Below are positions 27,791 through 37,578 of a stretch of DNA of 43,829 nt, one piece after another (within the stretch, counting starts at the first letter, position 1; each line of letters starts with the position of its first letter). The translations under genes and the position numbers were made by a program. The notes under the pieces were generated by a model. That model was not told the origin of the DNA, made no database searches, and worked only from the letters and a program-made list of their open reading frames with translations. The stretch spans positions 1 to 43,829 of the forward strand of contig JBDHDE010000019.1 of the NCBI GenBank assembly GCA_039591655.1, read 5' to 3'. Origin of the DNA: Gemmatimonadota bacterium. GTDB taxonomy: Bacteria; Gemmatimonadota; Gemmatimonadetes; Gemmatimonadales; GWC2-71-9.

Positions 27791-28548
27791 CAGTCGCTCA
27801 GGATCGCAGCCAGCTCGCGCACGGCCTCCCCGCCGGTGAGCCTGAGGAACAGCTCTTCCAGCGAGGCATCGCCGGCCGCCGTCTGGCGGCGCAGCTCGTC
27901 GATCGTGCCGCGGGCCACGATCCGGCCTTCCTGGATGATGGCGATGCGGTCGCACATCGCCTCGGCCACCTCCAGGGTGTGCGTGCTCATGAGCACCGTG
28001 CCGCCGCGTTCCACGAAGGCGCGGAAGATGTCCTTCAGGAGGCGCGCCCCCCTGGGATCGAGGCCCACCATGGGTTCGTCCACCACGATGCACTCGGGTC
28101 GGTGGATCAGGGCGGAGGAGATAATGAGCTTCTGGCGCATCCCGTGGCTGTAGGACTCCACCAGCTCGTTCTTCCAGACGGACAGCTCGAACAACTCCAA
28201 CAGCTCATCCACCCGCCGCTCGACGGTGGCGCCGTCTTGGCCGTAGAGTCCCGCGACGAACCGCAGGAACTCGGCGCCCGTGAGCTTCTCGTAGACGAAG
28301 GGCCGGTCCGGGATGAACCCCAGGCGCGACTTGGCCGCCATCGGGTCCGCGATGACGTCGTCTCCGCCCAGCCAGATGCGTCCTGTGGTGGGCCGGAGGA
28401 TCCCGGCGATCATCCGCAGGGTGGTGGTCTTTCCGGCGCCGTTGGGACCCAGGAAGCCGAACAGTTCGCCCCGCGGCACGTGCAGGTCGATCTCGTCCAC
28501 CGCGACGAACTTGCCGTACTTCTTGGTGAGGTGCTCGAGGCGGATCAT
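27790..28548 (-). CDS. ABC transporter ATP-binding protein
   Basis: GPNGAGKTT, YSHGMRQK, VVDEPMVGLDP, MSTH. Confidence 0.92.
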   Translation of the reverse strand: MIRLEHLTKKYGKFVAVDEIDLHVPRGELFGFLGPNGAGKTTTLRMIAGILRPTTGRIWLGGDDVIADPMAAKSRLGFIPDRPFVYEKLTGAEFLRFVAGLYGQDGATVERRVDELLELFELSVWKNELVESYSHGMRQKLIISSALIHRPECIVVDEPMVGLDPRGARLLKDIFRAFVERGGTVLMSTHTLEVAEAMCDRIAIIQEGRIVARGTIDELRRQTAAGDASLEELFLRLTGGEAVRELAAILSD

Positions 28549-30086
28549 GGCGCCTCCTCGGTCTCGACCACGTTCAACGTCAGGCGTCCGATGAGCCGGA
28601 TGAGCTCCACCTGCCGTGCGAGCCCCCCGACGGTGAAGCGCAGGTGGGCCGCATCGGCGGGGAACTGTCCGAATGTGGGATCCACCGCGACCCAACCGTT
28701 GAGGTACACCTCGGGCCACGCGTGGTAGTAGAACGCGCCGTTCATGTACACCAGGCCGGCGGCGGTGCGGGCCGGCAGGCCGATGGAGCGGGCTAGGGCG
28801 ACGTACAGCACCGTGTGCTCGTTGCAGTCGCCACGGCGGGTCGCCAGGACCTCCACTGCGCTGGGGACGCTCACGGTGATACGCTTGTCCAGCTCGTCGT
28901 GTACCCAATTGGTGAGACGCTCGGCGGCCCGGGCTGGGTTCCGCGAGCGCCCGACGATCTGCCGCGCCTGCGCCTGGATGCGCGGGTCGCGGGTCTGGAT
29001 CAGGGGGTCCGAGCCGAGGTACTCGCGAACCTCGGCGTCTACCGCCGGAAGCCGGTACTCTGCCTGCAGGGCTTCCGGCGACTCCCTGCGCACCACCAAA
29101 GTGTCGCCCGACAGGGTCTGCCGGTCGCCGCCCAGGTCGAACCCCTCGAGGCCGACGCCTCCCAGCCGCACCCGGAGCTCACTCAGCTGCTCCCGTGCCA
29201 GAGTCACGTTGGAGGCGATGGCCGTCTGGCGGATGAGGTCCCCGGCCAGCGTGCTGCCCAGCTCCGCCATGTCGCGGCGACGGAAGTTCTCGAAGGCGAT
29301 CTCGAAAGCAGTCCGCTCCATGGCGAAGCCCACCGGGGTGGTGGCGTGCACCACCTGGCCCATGTCGTCGATCCAGGCTTGGAACTCGAGCCCCCGCATG
29401 GCTTGTGTCACGCGCCACGCGTGCAGGGTGTCCCAGCGCGCCGCCACCCACAGCTGGGTGGGCTCGTGAAACGCCGCTGAGTCGGGGACGACCATGGTGG
29501 ACTCGGCGGTCACCGTGACCGCCACGTCGCGCTCATCGAGCTGCAGGGGGTCGAACATCCTGAGGGCGTACGACCTGCCGACCTCCAACTCCCCGCCGAA
29601 CGCGAGGCTCAGGGGGAGCAGGCCCGGCAGGATGATGGGGCGCTCCAGCGGGACCTCGAGCTCCTGCCGGCTGTCGGCGCTCTCCACCACGACGGCCAGC
29701 AGCGAGTCGCCCTTTACCTCGCCCCGCACGCCGAACCGCACGTCGGCGCCGCGCAGGGTGGCCTCGAATGTCCTGAGGCGGAGGGTCCGCGTGAGGTTGG
29801 CGACGGTGCGGGCCTCGACCCGCTGGACGGTGCCCAGCGCCGGGACCTGGAGGATCATGAGGTCCTCCACCCGGACCGTATCCGACAGGGTGTCGACCTT
29901 GCTGGAGGCGAACCCGATCTGCTCGCCGCTGAGCGTCAGCCGGTAGTAGGTCGCCCCCGGCGGCACGTTCATCGCGGCGTCGGCCAGCATCTCGGCGTGG
30001 GGACGGAAGTATTCTCGACGGGCCAGCCAGCCCAGCATGATCAGCCAGACGGCCAGGACGCCGCCGGCCAGGAGCTTGCGGTTCAT
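28545..30086 (-). CDS. Membrane-anchored transglutaminase-like protein
   Basis: N-terminal TM; catalytic triad motifs GDCNEH, YYHAWPEV, WVAVDPT. Confidence 0.85.
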   Translation of the reverse strand: MNRKLLAGGVLAVWLIMLGWLARREYFRPHAEMLADAAMNVPPGATYYRLTLSGEQIGFASSKVDTLSDTVRVEDLMILQVPALGTVQRVEARTVANLTRTLRLRTFEATLRGADVRFGVRGEVKGDSLLAVVVESADSRQELEVPLERPIILPGLLPLSLAFGGELEVGRSYALRMFDPLQLDERDVAVTVTAESTMVVPDSAAFHEPTQLWVAARWDTLHAWRVTQAMRGLEFQAWIDDMGQVVHATTPVGFAMERTAFEIAFENFRRRDMAELGSTLAGDLIRQTAIASNVTLAREQLSELRVRLGGVGLEGFDLGGDRQTLSGDTLVVRRESPEALQAEYRLPAVDAEVREYLGSDPLIQTRDPRIQAQARQIVGRSRNPARAAERLTNWVHDELDKRITVSVPSAVEVLATRRGDCNEHTVLYVALARSIGLPARTAAGLVYMNGAFYYHAWPEVYLNGWVAVDPTFGQFPADAAHLRFTVGGLARQVELIRLIGRLTLNVVETEEAP

Positions 30087-30589
30087 CCCCCGGCGCGGCT
30101 CCGGATCAGGGCTTCCACGACTTCTCGATCCTCGTCGGTTTCCACCACAATACACACGTCGGAGGGATGGGTGGCGTGGCGTAGGTCACCGGCGAAGGCA
30201 TCCACCAAGAGGCCGGCTGCGTCCTCGTGGCTGAGGTTGCCCGGACCCGTCCCCATCAGCGGCACGGCAATGGTGGAGAGTTGCCAGTCCGTGGCCCGCT
30301 GCACCACGCTCCGCAGGGCCCGGCGCACGCCGTCCCGGCTCACCGGCTCCTCCTCGCTGCGGATGATGGCGTGGATCACGAACTCGGCCGCCAGATCGCC
30401 GGCGCCGGTCACGACGGCGACCCCCACGTCCAGCGGCTTTTCGACATGGAGCTGCTGCCAGAACGCCGGGCCGCCGATCTGCTCGAGGCGGCGCAGCTCG
30501 GGGGTGAGGGGCTCCAGGGCGGCGGTGGTGGGCCGAACGACCGCGTCCGCAGGGACGGACGCGAGGTCGTCCACCACGACGCGAATCAC
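30083..30589 (-). CDS. Macro domain protein (degenerate)
   Basis: VVVDDL...ADAVV, AVVTGAGDLAAEFVIHA, TIAVPLMGTG. Confidence 0.78.
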   Translation of the reverse strand: MIRVVVDDLASVPADAVVRPTTAALEPLTPELRRLEQIGGPAFWQQLHVEKPLDVGVAVVTGAGDLAAEFVIHAIIRSEEEPVSRDGVRRALRSVVQRATDWQLSTIAVPLMGTGPGNLSHEDAAGLLVDAFAGDLRHATHPSDVCIVVETDEDREVVEALIRSRAGG

Positions 30590-31461
30590 CGTCGTGAGAG
30601 CTCGCGGGAGCGACGGTACATTTGTGCCGCTTCGTCGGGGCGCTGGAGCCGGTCCAGAACGATGCCGAGGCCGTAGAGTGCCTTGGGGTTGTTGGGCCTC
30701 AGCTCCACGGCGCGCTGATATGAATGGAGGGCCCCGTCGAGGTCGTCCACGTGATTCAGTGCCTCACCCAGGTAGAAGAATGCCACCGCCCGGCTGGAGT
30801 CGAGCTCCACCGCCCGCCGGAGATAGGGAATGGCATCGCGCCACAGCCCCTTGCGGGACAGGGTCAATCCCAGGTTGAAGTGGGCCTCCGCGTTGCCCGA
30901 CTCCGCATGGAGCACCTGACGGAGGTCGCGCTCGGCCTCCTGGAACTGACCCAGGGAGCCCAGGACCGCTCCCCGGTTGACCAGCACCTGTGTGTTGCCG
31001 GGCTCCAGGGTGAGGCAGTGGTCGAGCTCCTCCAGGGCGCGGTCGTGGTCGCCCATCTGATCCAGCACGAGCGCCAGGTTGTTGCGCGCCCGCACGTGAC
31101 CCGGTTCCAGCTTGAGAAGCCGCTCATACAGCCGCCGGGCGCGGCTGACGTCGCCCTGAGCGGCGGCCTCCCGGGCGGCACGGTGCAGGTCCTCCTCCAT
31201 GGTGGTCTCGGCCGGGTGCGGCCCGGATTGGCGTGCGGGCTTCTCGCCTACCGCGGAGTGCCCGGGGTCGGCGGCCTCCGTGTCGTCAGGAGTGGGCTCC
31301 GGGGCGGCCCCGAAGGGCAGCATCGGGTCGGTGGGGTCGTTGGGGGGGATGTGCTCCATAGGGTCCTCAGAGGCTTCCGAAGCCCGGGCCCGCGCAGCCC
31401 GCGCCCCCATCTCCGCCGCCAACCGGCGGCGCATCCTCCGTCTCCGATGCGCCCGTGTCAT
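30586..31461 (-). CDS. TPR-repeat protein
   Basis: Repeats ARNNLALVL, LVNRGAVL, AHFNLGLTL, AFFYLGEAL, ALYGLGIVL; GGAGGG RBS before ATG 31461. Confidence 0.85.
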   Translation of the reverse strand: MTRAHRRRRMRRRLAAEMGARAARARASEASEDPMEHIPPNDPTDPMLPFGAAPEPTPDDTEAADPGHSAVGEKPARQSGPHPAETTMEEDLHRAAREAAAQGDVSRARRLYERLLKLEPGHVRARNNLALVLDQMGDHDRALEELDHCLTLEPGNTQVLVNRGAVLGSLGQFQEAERDLRQVLHAESGNAEAHFNLGLTLSRKGLWRDAIPYLRRAVELDSSRAVAFFYLGEALNHVDDLDGALHSYQRAVELRPNNPKALYGLGIVLDRLQRPDEAAQMYRRSRELSRR

Positions 31462-31475
31462 GCGCTTCCCCCTCC

Positions 31476-31811
31476 CTAGGCCGCCGTTTCGGCGCTCACC
31501 CACGCGAGGTAGGCCTCCGAGCCTGCCGCGACCGGGAGCGCCAGGAGTTCCGGCACCTCGTAGGGGTGCGCGTCCCGGACGGCCGCTGCGAGCCGATCCC
31601 ACAACTCTCTTCTGGTCTTGAGGACGACCTGTACCTCCGTGGCCTCCTCGACGGCGCCCTGCCAGCGAAACACCGAGGTTGCCTGGCCGAGCACCGTCCC
31701 GCACGCGATGACCCGCTGGTCCACAAGCCGCTGCACGAACGCTCGCGCCGCCTCGGTGTCGGGGAGTGTCGTGAGCACCACGACGAAGGACGCGGCATCT
31801 TGCGTAGTCAT
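31476..31811 (-). CDS. cutA: Divalent-cation tolerance protein CutA
   Basis: VVLTTLPD, IACG, SVFRWQG, HPYEVPELLALPV, YLAWV. Confidence 0.9.
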   Translation of the reverse strand: MTTQDAASFVVVLTTLPDTEAARAFVQRLVDQRVIACGTVLGQATSVFRWQGAVEEATEVQVVLKTRRELWDRLAAAVRDAHPYEVPELLALPVAAGSEAYLAWVSAETAA

Positions 31812-31935
31812 CTATATAGTCGTGCGGAGTGACGGGGACGGTCAAAGTACGCCCCGGCGAGCGGGACCGCAAGCCGGGTTCGCCCGAGGGGCGCGGATTG
31901 ACCGAGATCCCCGGCGCCGTCTACCTTACAAGGCT

Positions 31936-34779
31936 ATGCCCAACGACAACCTCACCGTCCGGGGCGCCCGCGTCCACAACCTCCAGAACATCGATGTCGA
32001 GGTCCCGCGGAACCGGCTCACCGTCATCACGGGGCTGTCCGGCTCCGGGAAGTCGTCCCTGGCCTTCGACACGATCTACGCGGAGGGGCAACGGCGCTAC
32101 GTGGAGTCCCTGTCGGCGTACGCCCGCCAGTTCCTCGGGCTCATGGAGAAGCCCGACGTGGACGCCATCGAGGGCCTGTCGCCCGCCATCTCCATCGAGC
32201 AGAAGGCGCCGGGGCACAACCCTCGGTCCACGGTGGGAACCGTCACCGAGATCTACGACTACCTGCGGCTGCTGTGGGCACGTGTTGGGGTGCCGCATTG
32301 CCCGAACGACGGCTCCCCCATCTCGCGGCAGAGTGCCTCCCAGATCGCGGACATCGTCCTGGGGTGGCCAGAAGGCACCAAGATCGAGGTGATCGCCCCC
32401 CTCGTGCGGGGGCGCAAGGGGGAGTTCAAGGACCTGTTCGAGAGCGCGCGACGCCAGGGATTCGTGCGGGTGCGGGTGGACGGCGCTGTCCACGACCTGG
32501 CGAGCCCCCCTAAGCTCAATCGCCGCGTCAACCACGACATCGGGCTCGTAGTGGACCGCCTCGTGGTGCGCGAGTCGGACCGGCGGCGGCTGCACGACTC
32601 CGTCGAGACGGCCCTCAGGGCGGCGGAGGGCCTGGTGGAGCTCGTGCGGCACGGGAGAAGGGGGCAGGCCGTGCTCTTCTCCGAGCGTTTCGCCTGCCCC
32701 GAATGCGGCCACTCGCTGGCCGAGCTCGAGCCGCGCCAGTTCTCCTTCAACTCACCGTATGGTGCCTGCCCGGACTGCGGGGGTCTGGGGATGCGGCGGG
32801 TCGTGAGCCCGGAACTGGTCCTGGGCGATCCGCGGATCTCGATCCTGGAGGGAGTGGTGCTCCCCTGGAGTGAGCCCCGCGGATACCTGCGCAACGTCGT
32901 ACTGCCCACACTGGCTCGGGAGCTCCGCTTCGATCCGGCGCGCCCGTGGGGCTCCCTCTCGCAACGGGTCAAGCGGGCGCTGCTGGACGGCGTGCCCGGT
33001 CGAAGCTTCCGCTTCGGGACCGGGCGCGGCTCGGGCCGGGCGCACGAGGTCGAATGGGAAGGCATCCTGGCCAACGTGGAGCGGCGCTACCAGGACACCA
33101 CGTCCGACGCGGTGCGGGTGCAGCTAGCCGAGTTCATGGTGGACGTCCCGTGCGAGACCTGTGGAGGACACCGGCTCAGGCCCGAGAGCCTGTGCGTGCT
33201 CGTGGGCGGCCGGGGAATTGGCGAGATCGTGGACCTCCCGGTGGACCGGGCACTGCGCTTCTTCGAGGGCCTGCCGCTGCGCTCCGACGGGAAGACGGGG
33301 CTGGACCCGGAGATCGCCGGCCCGATTCTGAAGGAAGTGACCGAGCGCCTCCGCTTCCTGGCGGATGTGGGGCTCGCCTACCTGACCCTCGGCCGGGCGG
33401 CGTCATCCCTGTCCGCCGGCGAGGCCCAGCGGATTCGGCTGGCCACACAGATCGGGAGCCGGCTAGTAGGGGTGCTGTACGTGCTGGACGAGCCGTCGGT
33501 GGGGCTGCATCCGCGGGACAACTCCCGCCTGTTGGGCACCCTCAGGGAGCTGCGGGACCTGGGTAACACCATCCTGGTCGTGGAGCACGATGCCGACACC
33601 ATCCGCGCGGCCGATCACGTCATCGACCTGGGTCCTCGGGCGGGGCGCGACGGGGGGCGGGTGGTGGCCGAGGGCACGGTGGATGACGTGGTGCGGCACG
33701 AGTCATCCCTCACCGGACGCTACATGCGGGGGGAGCTGCGCATCCCGGTGCCCTCCTCGCGCCGTCCGCCCCAAGATGAGCGCCTGCTGCGGGTGGTAGG
33801 AGCCCGGCAGCACAACTTGCAGGGAGTGGACGTGGAGTTCCCGTTGGGACTGTTCGTGGCCGTGACGGGCGTGTCCGGCTCCGGCAAGTCCACCCTGGTG
33901 ACCGACATCCTGTACCACGCGCTGGCGCGGCGTTTCTACCGCACCAAAGTCGTGCCGGGGGACCACGACCGGCTGGAGGGGCTCGAGCGGATCGACAAGG
34001 TCCTGGATATCGACCAGAGTCCCATTGGGCGCACGCCGCGCTCGAATCCCGCCACCTACACGGGTCTCTTCACGCCGATCCGGGAGCTCTACGCCCAACT
34101 GCCGGAGTCGAAGCTCCGCGGGTACGGGCCGGGGCGCTTCTCGTTCAACGTGAAGGGGGGACGCTGCGAGTCGTGTCAGGGGGACGGCCTCGTGAAGATC
34201 GAGATGCACTTCCTGCCCGACGTCTACGTGCCGTGCGACCTCTGCAAGGGCCGGCGCTACAACCGCGAGACCCTGGAGGTGCGCTACCGGAGACGGTCCA
34301 TCGCCGACGTGCTGGATATGACGGTGGCCGAAGCTCTGGAGTTCTTCGAGCAGCAGCCCCGGATCCACGGCCGGCTCGAGCTGCTGAACGACGTGGGCCT
34401 GGGCTACATCCATCTAGGGCAGAGCGCCACCACCCTCTCAGGCGGAGAGGCACAGCGGGTGAAGCTCGCCACCGAGCTGAGCAAGCGGGACACAGGAAGC
34501 ACACTGTACATACTGGACGAGCCCACCACGGGCCTCCACTTCGAGGACGTGCGGCTCCTGCTGGAGGTGCTCCACCGCCTGGTGCAGAAGGGCAACACCG
34601 TAATCGTGATCGAGCACAACCTCGAGGTGGTGAAGACGGCCGACTGGGTCATCGACCTCGGGCCCGAGGGGGGCGAGGCCGGCGGTACCGTGGTGGCGGC
34701 CGGCACGCCGGAAGCCATCGCCGGGAACCGAGTGTCCTACACGGGGAGGTTTCTCGAGGGCTTGCTGGGAGCCGATTGA
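31936..34779 (+). CDS. uvrA: Excinuclease ABC subunit A
   Basis: [37 protein letters not shown], second [23 protein letters not shown], Zn fingers. Confidence 0.97.
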   Translation: MPNDNLTVRGARVHNLQNIDVEVPRNRLTVITGLSGSGKSSLAFDTIYAEGQRRYVESLSAYARQFLGLMEKPDVDAIEGLSPAISIEQKAPGHNPRSTVGTVTEIYDYLRLLWARVGVPHCPNDGSPISRQSASQIADIVLGWPEGTKIEVIAPLVRGRKGEFKDLFESARRQGFVRVRVDGAVHDLASPPKLNRRVNHDIGLVVDRLVVRESDRRRLHDSVETALRAAEGLVELVRHGRRGQAVLFSERFACPECGHSLAELEPRQFSFNSPYGACPDCGGLGMRRVVSPELVLGDPRISILEGVVLPWSEPRGYLRNVVLPTLARELRFDPARPWGSLSQRVKRALLDGVPGRSFRFGTGRGSGRAHEVEWEGILANVERRYQDTTSDAVRVQLAEFMVDVPCETCGGHRLRPESLCVLVGGRGIGEIVDLPVDRALRFFEGLPLRSDGKTGLDPEIAGPILKEVTERLRFLADVGLAYLTLGRAASSLSAGEAQRIRLATQIGSRLVGVLYVLDEPSVGLHPRDNSRLLGTLRELRDLGNTILVVEHDADTIRAADHVIDLGPRAGRDGGRVVAEGTVDDVVRHESSLTGRYMRGELRIPVPSSRRPPQDERLLRVVGARQHNLQGVDVEFPLGLFVAVTGVSGSGKSTLVTDILYHALARRFYRTKVVPGDHDRLEGLERIDKVLDIDQSPIGRTPRSNPATYTGLFTPIRELYAQLPESKLRGYGPGRFSFNVKGGRCESCQGDGLVKIEMHFLPDVYVPCDLCKGRRYNRETLEVRYRRRSIADVLDMTVAEALEFFEQQPRIHGRLELLNDVGLGYIHLGQSATTLSGGEAQRVKLATELSKRDTGSTLYILDEPTTGLHFEDVRLLLEVLHRLVQKGNTVIVIEHNLEVVKTADWVIDLGPEGGEAGGTVVAAGTPEAIAGNRVSYTGRFLEGLLGAD

Positions 34780-34824
34780 CCCCCGCTCGGCGGCGGCCGC
34801 GGCGCTTTACAATCGCGGGACGTG

Positions 34825-34850
34825 TGACACTTTTTGAAACACGGGCCGTA
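34825..34850 (+). promoter_or_regulatory. Putative ECF (SigW-like) promoter for the array-pspA locus
   Basis: TGACAC-N16-CGTA with a T-tract right after the -35; the B. subtilis SigW consensus is TGAAAC-N16-CGTA. Confidence 0.5.
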
Positions 34851-34887
34851 CGGGGGTGCGGGGTATCAGGAGAGTACAGGAGCACGC

Positions 34888-35151
34888 ATGGATCCAGTTG
34901 ACGGCGCCATCGCCGTATCGATCGTCGCCGTGACGATCGGCGGCGTAGCCATTATCGGCATGTTCTCCCGCGCCTTACTGCAGAAGTGGACCCAGGCGAA
35001 GCCGGCCCTGGAGCCGGGAGAGGCCGAAGAGCTGCGGCACGCCATCACCCGGCTCGGCGCCGAGGTCGCCGACGTCCAGGAGAGGCTCGACTTTACCGAG
35101 CGGGTGCTGGCGAGCCAGCGGGAGCGCCAGCAGCTCGAGGGGGGGAACTGA
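34888..35151 (+). CDS. Small TM/coiled-coil protein, PspB-like paralog 1
   Basis: AGGAG RBS, one TM, coiled coil ending DVQERLDFTERVL. Confidence 0.8.
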   Translation: MDPVDGAIAVSIVAVTIGGVAIIGMFSRALLQKWTQAKPALEPGEAEELRHAITRLGAEVADVQERLDFTERVLASQRERQQLEGGN

Positions 35152-35152
35152 G

Positions 35153-35422
35153 ATGGGCGAGATCGCACCGTTCCTGGTCCCCATCACGCTGTTCCTCACG
35201 ATCGGCGCGGTGGCGATCTTCCGGGGACCGATGGGCAAGGCACTGGGCGAGCGGCTGGCCGGAAAGGGTCAGGTGCCCGACTCCTCGGCCGAGACCGAGC
35301 AACTCCGGGCGGAGGTCGAAGAGCTGCGCTGGCGCCTGACGGAGGTCGAAGAGCGGGTGGACTTCGCCGAGCGGGTCCTGTCGCGGCACAGTGACCCCGG
35401 GAAGCTGCCGCGGGGGGAGTGA
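35153..35422 (+). CDS. Small TM/coiled-coil protein, PspB-like paralog 2
   Basis: One TM, EVEERVDFAERVL. Confidence 0.8.
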   Translation: MGEIAPFLVPITLFLTIGAVAIFRGPMGKALGERLAGKGQVPDSSAETEQLRAEVEELRWRLTEVEERVDFAERVLSRHSDPGKLPRGE

Positions 35423-35425
35423 GCC

Positions 35426-35725
35426 GTGCCACCGTACTTCTACTTCGAGATGATCGTGCTGCCGCTGCTGGGGATGGGTATGGGAGGCGCCTTCCTGTTC
35501 GGGGTGTACCGTACCGTCAATCACTGGATCGAGCGCCGGCATGAGCGCGAGCTCGCCGCCCAGGGTGGCGGCGTCCCGCCCCAGGCGCTGGAGCGCCTCA
35601 CCGCCCGGGTGGAGGCTCTGGAGGACGTGGGTTTCCGCCTCCAGGAGCTGGAGGAGCGCGTCGACTTCGCGGAGCGGATGCTCACACAGCAACGGGAGCA
35701 GGACCGGCTGGGGTCGGGGAGCTAG
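35426..35725 (+). CDS. Small TM/coiled-coil protein, PspB-like paralog 3
   Basis: One TM, ELEERVDFAERML. Confidence 0.8.
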   Translation: MPPYFYFEMIVLPLLGMGMGGAFLFGVYRTVNHWIERRHERELAAQGGGVPPQALERLTARVEALEDVGFRLQELEERVDFAERMLTQQREQDRLGSGS

Positions 35726-35728
35726 CGG

Positions 35729-36025
35729 ATGGAGCCATACCTCATCGACAGCCTGATCATTCCTCTGGCGGGCATGGCCACGGGGATCATCCTGGGGCTT
35801 CCCGTCGTGCGGGTCATCGTGAAGTTCGTGGACCGCAAACTCGGCGGCTCGTCGTCGCCCGGAGATCTTCGGGAGCTGAGGGCCGACGTCGACCGGCTCA
35901 CGACCCAGCTGGGCGGGGTGGAAGACATCGCCCACCGGGTGGCGGAGCTGGAGGAGCGCATCGACTTCACCGAGCGGGTGCTGGCCCAGGAGCGGGCGAG
36001 GCCTGGGCTGCCGCACGGCGAATAG
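35729..36025 (+). CDS. Small TM/coiled-coil protein, PspB-like paralog 4
   Basis: One TM, ELEERIDFTERVL. Confidence 0.8.
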   Translation: MEPYLIDSLIIPLAGMATGIILGLPVVRVIVKFVDRKLGGSSSPGDLRELRADVDRLTTQLGGVEDIAHRVAELEERIDFTERVLAQERARPGLPHGE

Positions 36026-36031
36026 GGCCAG

Positions 36032-36370
36032 GTGCTGCTGATCCAGTTCCCCGTCCCCGTCCCGCCCGATCCGGGCGTCCTGGTGGTGTTCCAGCAGATT
36101 ATCCTGCCGATCATGGGAATGGGGCTCGCGGCGTTCCTCGGATTCGGGGTCTTCCGCATGATCGGCAAGGCGATCGAGCGAAGGTCGCTGGACGAGTCGG
36201 GCCGGGCCGCCCTCGACGCCCTCCGTGACGAGCTGGAGCGGCAGCGGATCCAGGTTGAGGGCGTGGAGGAGTTGCGGGACCGCCTGGTGGAGGTCGAGGA
36301 GCGCCTCGACTTCGCGGAGCGGGTGCTGACCCAGCGCAAGGAACCGCAGCTCCCGGGAGGGGAGGGCTAG
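36032..36370 (+). CDS. Small TM/coiled-coil protein, PspB-like paralog 5
   Basis: One TM, EVEERLDFAERVL; start uncertain. Confidence 0.78.
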   Translation: MLLIQFPVPVPPDPGVLVVFQQIILPIMGMGLAAFLGFGVFRMIGKAIERRSLDESGRAALDALRDELERQRIQVEGVEELRDRLVEVEERLDFAERVLTQRKEPQLPGGEG

Positions 36371-36371
36371 C

Positions 36372-36662
36372 GTGGAGGATATTCTGGCCATCACGCTGCT
36401 GTTCGGTGGTGGGGCCGTCTTCCTGCTGTCGATCTCGCCGGTGGGGCGGGCCATCGCAGACCGGATCCGCCGGGGTGGTGGGGACCTCAGCCACGAACTG
36501 GCGGCCCGGATCCGCGAGTCCCAGTTGGCGATGGAGGACGAGCTGGAGGGCCTGCGTCACGAGCTGGTGGAGGTGCAGGAGCGATTGGACTTCGCCGAGC
36601 GGCTGCTGGCCAAGCAGCGCGAGCCGGAGCAGCTGGCACCGGGCGAGGAGGCAGGGCCGTAG
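36372..36662 (+). CDS. Small TM/coiled-coil protein, PspB-like paralog 6
   Basis: One TM, EVQERLDFAERLL; GGAGGG RBS. Confidence 0.8.
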   Translation: MEDILAITLLFGGGAVFLLSISPVGRAIADRIRRGGGDLSHELAARIRESQLAMEDELEGLRHELVEVQERLDFAERLLAKQREPEQLAPGEEAGP

Positions 36663-36681
36663 TCTGCGGCCGGCGCCCAAG

Positions 36682-36697
36682 TGGCGCGGGGCGTGCG
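36682..36697 (+). promoter_or_regulatory. Possible sigma54 -24/-12 promoter for pspA
   Basis: TGGCGC-GGGGC-GTGCG has GG-N10-GC spacing but is imperfect at -12. Confidence 0.25.
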
Positions 36698-36804
36698 AAT
36701 CATTGATCTTATCTTGAGCGAGCCACGCAGTAGCGTGGCAGGCCGATATGGGAGCGCGCGGACGGGGTCGGGTGCGCGCGCCGCACCGGAGGGGTGAAAG
36801 CGAC

Positions 36805-37578
36805 ATGGGCATCTTTCAGCGTCTGATGACTGTGATCAAGGCCAACGTCAACGCCTTGATCGGACGGGCCGAAGATCCAGAGAAGGTGCTGGATCAGCTG
36901 CTGGTGGAGATGCGCGGGCAGCTGGCCAAGACCAAGCAGGAAGTCGCGGCGGCGATCGCGGACGAGAAGAAGCTCCAGGCTCAGGTCGAGAAGGAGAAGA
37001 AAGCGGCCGAGGACTGGGAGCGGCGCGCCATGTTGGCTGTGCAGGAAGGCCGCGATGACCTGGCCAAGCAGGCCCTGGTGCGGCACAACGAGCACCTGCA
37101 ACAGGCCCAGCAGATGAACGAGACCTGGGCGCGCCACAAGGCTGACGTCGAAACCCTCAAGGTCTCGCTGCGCGATCTCAACGACAAGATCGAGGAAGCG
37201 AAGCGCAAGAAGAACCTCCTGGTTGCCAGGCAGCGCCGGGCCGAGGCTCAGGGGCGCATTCAGGAGACCATGTCCGCGATGTCCGACAAGAGCGCCTTCG
37301 AGAGCTTCCGGCGCATGGAGGAGAAGATCGAGGACATGGAGCGGCAAGCGCTGGCGGCCACGGAGCTGGCTGGAGAGTTGGAGGGTGACACCCTGCAGCA
37401 GCAGTTCCAGGCCCTGGAGTTCCACGGGAGCGCCGACAACCAGCTGCTCGAGCTCAAGAAGAAGATGGGGATGCTGTCCCCCGGCGAGGCAGCGGAGCGT
37501 CCTCAGCTGACCGATGGTGACGACGTCACCGACGCCGAGCTCGTGGAGGACGACGAGGCCAGCGCGAAAGAGGAGTAA
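36805..37578 (+). CDS. pspA: PspA/IM30 (bacterial ESCRT-III) family protein
   Basis: MGIFQRLMTVIKANVNALIGRAEDPEKVLDQ, GRDDLAKQAL, FRRMEEKI, LLELKKKMG. Confidence 0.93.
   Translation: MGIFQRLMTVIKANVNALIGRAEDPEKVLDQLLVEMRGQLAKTKQEVAAAIADEKKLQAQVEKEKKAAEDWERRAMLAVQEGRDDLAKQALVRHNEHLQQAQQMNETWARHKADVETLKVSLRDLNDKIEEAKRKKNLLVARQRRAEAQGRIQETMSAMSDKSAFESFRRMEEKIEDMERQALAATELAGELEGDTLQQQFQALEFHGSADNQLLELKKKMGMLSPGEAAERPQLTDGDDVTDAELVEDDEASAKEE

Noticed and set aside
31618..31935. N-terminal extension of UvrA, and similar long upstream extensions of hypB, cysS and the ABC ATPases in the ORF track
   Set aside because: They overlap neighbouring genes or promoters, and family homology begins at the downstream Met.
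35093..36454. 453-aa minus-strand ORF with repeated QHPLREVxALL motifs
   Set aside because: It is the antisense shadow of the six plus-strand paralogs, which have their own RBSs and sensible topology.
34888..36662. Array considered as a CRISPR array or DNA tandem repeat
   Set aside because: Similarity is at the protein-motif level with synonymous variation and a period of about 270-340 bp. There are no identical repeats and no cas genes.
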